DNA of 18,457 nucleotides from the NCBI GenBank assembly GCA_041288095.1, contig JBGGMJ010000132.1:1-18457 (forward strand), in the 5' to 3' direction. The position numbers and the translations under genes were made by a program. Positions 14,943 to 18,457 of the stretch are shown piece after piece. The stretch's first letter is position 1. Each line of letters starts with the position of its first letter. The stretch is from Myxococcota bacterium (GTDB lineage: Bacteria > Myxococcota > XYA12-FULL-58-9 > JALHOP01). The notes under the pieces are model-generated. The model was not told the origin of the DNA, ran no database searches, and saw only the letters and a list, made by a program, of their open reading frames with translations.

Positions 14943-16259
14943 CTATGGCTTCGGCAGCTTGGGTTTGGCGAAATTCGCCCAAACATCGTCGTAGTCGAGC
15001 TGGCAGTGGGGCGCCTCGGCGGCCCATTGCGTCGGGCGAATGGCCCAACGGCTCTCGAACATGAACGCCATCGTCTGATCGACCTTGTGGGGCGCGAGGT
15101 CGCCTTTGACCGCCGCCTCATAAGTCGCCTGGTCGGGACCGTGGCCCGACATGCAGTTGTGCAGCGAAGCACCACCAGGAGCGAAGCCATCGTGCTTGGC
15201 GTCGTAGGCGCCGTGCACCAGGCCCATGAATTCGCTCATGACGTTGCGGTGGAACCATGGCGGCCGGAACGTGTTCTCGGCGACCAGCCAGCGCGGCGGG
15301 AAGATGACGAAGTCGCAGTTGGCGGTGCCGGGGGTGTCGCTGGGGCTCGTCATCACCGTGAAGATAGAGGGATCGGGGTGATCGAAGCTGATGCTGCCGA
15401 TCGTGTTGAAGCGTCGCAGGTCGTATTTGTAGGGCGCGAGATTGCCGTGCCAGGCGACGACGTCGAGCGGTGAGTGGTCGAGTGTCGTCGTCCACAAGCG
15501 GCCGTCGAACTTCTGGATCACTTCGCAGGGAGCGTCGATGTCTTCGAACCACGCGACCGGCGTCGAAAAGTCACGCGGGTTCGCGAGCCCGTTGGCACCG
15601 ATGGGCCCGAGGTCCGGCAAGCGGAAGAGCTGACCGTAGTTCTCGCAGACGTAGCCGCGCGCCTCCGCGTCGAGGAGCTCAACGCGAAAGCGGACACCGC
15701 GTGGGATGACGGCGATCTCTTGCGGCTCCAAATCGATGACCCCAAGCTCGGTGAAAAGCGTGAGACGCCCGAGCTGCGGAACGATGAGCAGCTCGCCATC
15801 GGCGTCGTAGAAGACGCGCGCTTTCATCGAGCGATTGCAGGCGTAGAGGTGCACGCCCAAGCCCTGGCCGGTGCTGGTGTCACCGTTGCCGCCGTAGGTC
15901 ACGAGACCGTCGACGAAGTCCGTCGGCGCCTTGGGCACCGGCAGGGGATCCCAGCGCAGGCGGTTGGGTGATGGCGGCAGCTCGTCGAACGGCGCTGAGC
16001 GTACGAGCGTTGGCTTGGCGTATGGCGCGTAGGGCTTGTGACTCGCCGTCGGGCGCATGCGGTAGAGCCATGAGCGGCGGTTCACGAGCCTTGGCGCGGT
16101 GAAGGCGGTGCCGGAGAGCTGCTCGGCGTAGAGACCGTAAGGTGTCCGCTGCGGCGAATTCTGGCCTACCGGCAGGGCCCCGGGCACGGCTTCGCTGGCG
16201 ACATCATTGGCGAAGCCCGAGAGGTAGCTCCGTTCGGGAGCTGTATTCTTCGTATGCAC
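14943..16259 (-). CDS. hmgA: Homogentisate 1,2-dioxygenase
   Basis: [77 protein letters not shown] and [14 protein letters not shown] (Fe ligands present). Confidence 0.98.
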   Translation of the reverse strand: MHTKNTAPERSYLSGFANDVASEAVPGALPVGQNSPQRTPYGLYAEQLSGTAFTAPRLVNRRSWLYRMRPTASHKPYAPYAKPTLVRSAPFDELPPSPNRLRWDPLPVPKAPTDFVDGLVTYGGNGDTSTGQGLGVHLYACNRSMKARVFYDADGELLIVPQLGRLTLFTELGVIDLEPQEIAVIPRGVRFRVELLDAEARGYVCENYGQLFRLPDLGPIGANGLANPRDFSTPVAWFEDIDAPCEVIQKFDGRLWTTTLDHSPLDVVAWHGNLAPYKYDLRRFNTIGSISFDHPDPSIFTVMTSPSDTPGTANCDFVIFPPRWLVAENTFRPPWFHRNVMSEFMGLVHGAYDAKHDGFAPGGASLHNCMSGHGPDQATYEAAVKGDLAPHKVDQTMAFMFESRWAIRPTQWAAEAPHCQLDYDDVWANFAKPKLPKP

Positions 16260-16341
16260 GGGGCGAATCTGCCCCCATCAGCGCTCGCTGTCGAGATGCG
16301 CCATCTGAGCCGCCTGGTAGCGGTCCCCGGCGATGCTGCCC

Positions 16342-17469
16342 TCAGGGCCCGAGCAAAGCGTCGATGACCCTCGGGTCGTTCAAGAGCGCGGCGTGCTCGG
16401 CCTTGGTCGTCACCAGGTCGTACTTCAGCCGTCGCGGCTGAGCGCGCTCGATGAGCACGCGGCCGTCGCCAGGCGCGCGCGGCGTGCTCGCGAAGTCCCA
16501 CGTCGAGCCGTCATGGCGTACGGACGCGAGCGTCGGCAGACCGTCGCCCGCGACCACCGTGATCGGCACATTGGTCTCGGGCTCGAGCTCCAGCAGGCTA
16601 CGGAACTCCTTGGCGCGGCCGATGGCGGTCGTGAAGTAGGCGCTGAACTCGGGCGTGGGGTTTCTGCCTCCCTTGTACGGACCGATCTGGGCGATGGGCC
16701 ACGCCGCGGGGTCGAAGAAGTCGAGCATGGGGATGTCGACGTCGGTGCCCGGCGTGCTGGGAAAGAAGCTGTAGACCGACGGGAAGGTGGCAACGACCTC
16801 GGGGGCGAGGAGCGATCCGCTCAAACCGACAGGGACGCCGTCGTGCAGATCCGGAAGAAAGCCGATGCCACCGCGCAGGGGCGAGCCGACCAGCGCGAGC
16901 CGCGCGATGTCATCGCCCCCACGGGCGAGCAGCGCCAGCGCCAACATGCCGCCCATGCTGTGACCGATGAGCTGCACCGGCTTGCCGTGGCGCTCGCGTA
17001 CTTGAGTGACGAACGCGGCGAGGGCGTCGAGAGTCTCGAGGTTGTCGCGCCGCCAGTCGTAGGGGAACAGATAGGCCGGCCGCGGCAAGCGGGCGAGGGC
17101 GTCAATCCATGGGCCGTAGATCTCTTCACCCACGAGGCCCGGCACGATGTACATCTCTCGGAGGATGCCGGCCGGCTGTCTGCCATCGCGGTCTTGGGTA
17201 GTGCCCGTGAAGTGAAGGGGCGATGCGAGGCCGGGGTTCGATAGGCCCATTGCCTCGAGCCGGGTCAGAAAGACGATATCTCCGTCCGCGTCCGCTAAAG
17301 CGCTGCCCTTGATACCGGGGACGAAGACGATTGGGGTCCCATCGCCACCCCCCGAAATGCTCGAGGGGCTTGCGGGCTCGACCACGCGCCCGCAAGCCCC
17401 AAGGAGGAGCACGCTAGCGAGCAGGATCAGTCCTTGACGACGGTCACCGGAGTGGCGGGACGATTCCAC
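16342..17469 (-). CDS. LCAT/phospholipase-like alpha/beta-hydrolase lipoprotein
   Basis: Lipobox LGA|C; IVFVPGIKGS, YDWRRD, GHSMGG nucleophile elbow, GSPLRG, GDGRV and EH. Start taken as GTG 17469; the extension to 18051 is a shadow of the upstream gene. Confidence 0.88.
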   Translation of the reverse strand: MESSRHSGDRRQGLILLASVLLLGACGRVVEPASPSSISGGGDGTPIVFVPGIKGSALADADGDIVFLTRLEAMGLSNPGLASPLHFTGTTQDRDGRQPAGILREMYIVPGLVGEEIYGPWIDALARLPRPAYLFPYDWRRDNLETLDALAAFVTQVRERHGKPVQLIGHSMGGMLALALLARGGDDIARLALVGSPLRGGIGFLPDLHDGVPVGLSGSLLAPEVVATFPSVYSFFPSTPGTDVDIPMLDFFDPAAWPIAQIGPYKGGRNPTPEFSAYFTTAIGRAKEFRSLLELEPETNVPITVVAGDGLPTLASVRHDGSTWDFASTPRAPGDGRVLIERAQPRRLKYDLVTTKAEHAALLNDPRVIDALLGP

Positions 17470-18457
17470 GGGTTCCAGCCGACATTGGGTTGGTCTTTGA
17501 GCCAATCGGTCGGACGATAACGCGGACCTTCCGGCACCACCAGCGAGCCGACATAGTCGGCGTCGTCGTAGACGCGCTTGATCATCTTGGCGACCGCGGC
17601 CATGTCGTCGTCGTTCACCACGCCGTTGCTGGTGGCTCGGTAGAACTGCACCGTGACGCGCACCGGAAACTGAGTGTCGCGCTCGAGCTTCATGTTGCCC
17701 ATCTCGTGGAACGGGCCGCTGTCTTCGCCATGGCCGAGCACCGCTTGCTCGACGTTGCTGCGCTCGCGGCGCGCAACAGCGGACGGGGCGGATTCGTAGG
17801 CCATGCCACCCGCGCTCGCGCCGGCGCCGCAGCTCGCGCAATCGTCGTAGGCGAGGCCCGAGAGGTAGCCGCGGTTCTCGTGCTTGAGCGGGACCTGGAT
17901 GAGCATCAGCATGTCGGCGCCTTCGTCCATGGCGCCGGTGTCCTGCTGCTGCGCCTTGCCGGACTCGATGCGTTGCTTCACGTCGCTCTTGCGCTCGGCG
18001 GTGAAGGTCGTGCGCTGGCCTTCGTTGTTGAAGAAGAGCTGCTGACCCCAACCTTGCAGCGACTGGTCGCCGCCCTTGTTCTCGATGATAGTGGCGCTCA
18101 TGCCTTGGCGCGTGACGAGCAGGGTGAGGACCGCGGGCGAGCCCGGCGCGCTCTGGTAGTTGAAGACGACCGGTGTGAACTCGGCCTTGCCGCCCTTCGA
18201 GATGGGCACGAAGACGTGTTGCGCGGACACCAAGAAGTGCGAGTCGCGTTTGGCGCTGAAGTCGTCGCCGCCGCGCAGGCTCTTCGGATCCGAGAGGTAG
18301 TCGCGGAGGTTCGCGAGCACGTGCGCGAGGTGGACGTTCTCGAGCTTGCCGCCCTTCTTCTGATTGCCGACGCGCACCCAGAGCTTCTCGGCTTTGATGT
18401 CACCTGTCTTGTCGGTGAAGTTGGGGAAGCGGATGACCGGCAGGAGATGCGTGCGGA
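17427..18457 (-). CDS. Conserved hypothetical protein, 5' end outside the window
   Basis: The frame is open to the edge (RTHLLPVIRFPNFTDKTGDI...VGN...RDSHFLVSAQ...FNYQS..PAVL...GQQLFFN...IQVPLK...LERD..FPVRVTVQFY) with strong codon bias. Confidence 0.85.
   Translation of the reverse strand, partial: RTHLLPVIRFPNFTDKTGDIKAEKLWVRVGNQKKGGKLENVHLAHVLANLRDYLSDPKSLRGGDDFSAKRDSHFLVSAQHVFVPISKGGKAEFTPVVFNYQSAPGSPAVLTLLVTRQGMSATIIENKGGDQSLQGWGQQLFFNNEGQRTTFTAERKSDVKQRIESGKAQQQDTGAMDEGADMLMLIQVPLKHENRGYLSGLAYDDCASCGAGASAGGMAYESAPSAVARRERSNVEQAVLGHGEDSGPFHEMGNMKLERDTQFPVRVTVQFYRATSNGVVNDDDMAAVAKMIKRVYDDADYVGSLVVPEGPRYRPTDWLKDQPNVGWNPWNRPATPVTVVKD

Noticed and set aside
16260..16280. In-frame UGA plus hairpin as selenocysteine/SECIS
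   Set aside because: It lies outside the conserved HmgA domain, there is no Cys-equivalent position, and the stem is short and too close to the UGA.
17470..18051. 5' extension of the lipase ORF
   Set aside because: It is an alternate frame of the upstream gene, and the lipoprotein signal starts near 17469.

Overview
GC-rich bacterial DNA, most consistent with a myxobacterium or related deltaproteobacterium (inferred from gene families). Left to right it carries: a partial O-antigen-ligase-family membrane protein coupled to an acidic lipoprotein; a small TPR-like membrane protein; a DUF1592/DUF1588 monoheme lipoprotein paired with a Tat-exported DUF1552 protein; an orphan ORF; a collapsed DUF2157/GDYXXLXY operon remnant; a beta-helix lipoprotein; a helical orphan; a Cys/Asp-rich MopE-repeat lipoprotein; tRNA-Pro(UGG). 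A minus-strand run follows: a coiled-coil protein, hotdog-fold protein, gstA, a 713-aa A-A-linker-B-B repeat protein, hmgA, an LCAT-like lipase and a partial conserved hypothetical. I saw no CRISPR array, integrase or transposase. The most notable observations are: (i) five genes have a -10-like YAnnnT hexamer 6-7 nt before the start codon and no clear SD, suggesting common leaderless transcription; (ii) the modular repeat protein has peptidoglycan-binding-like motifs; (iii) a deletion scar fuses two genes; (iv) the ligase/lipoprotein pair is a possible glycosylation module; (v) two sigma54 promoters. All family calls come from motif recognition by eye, not database searches.
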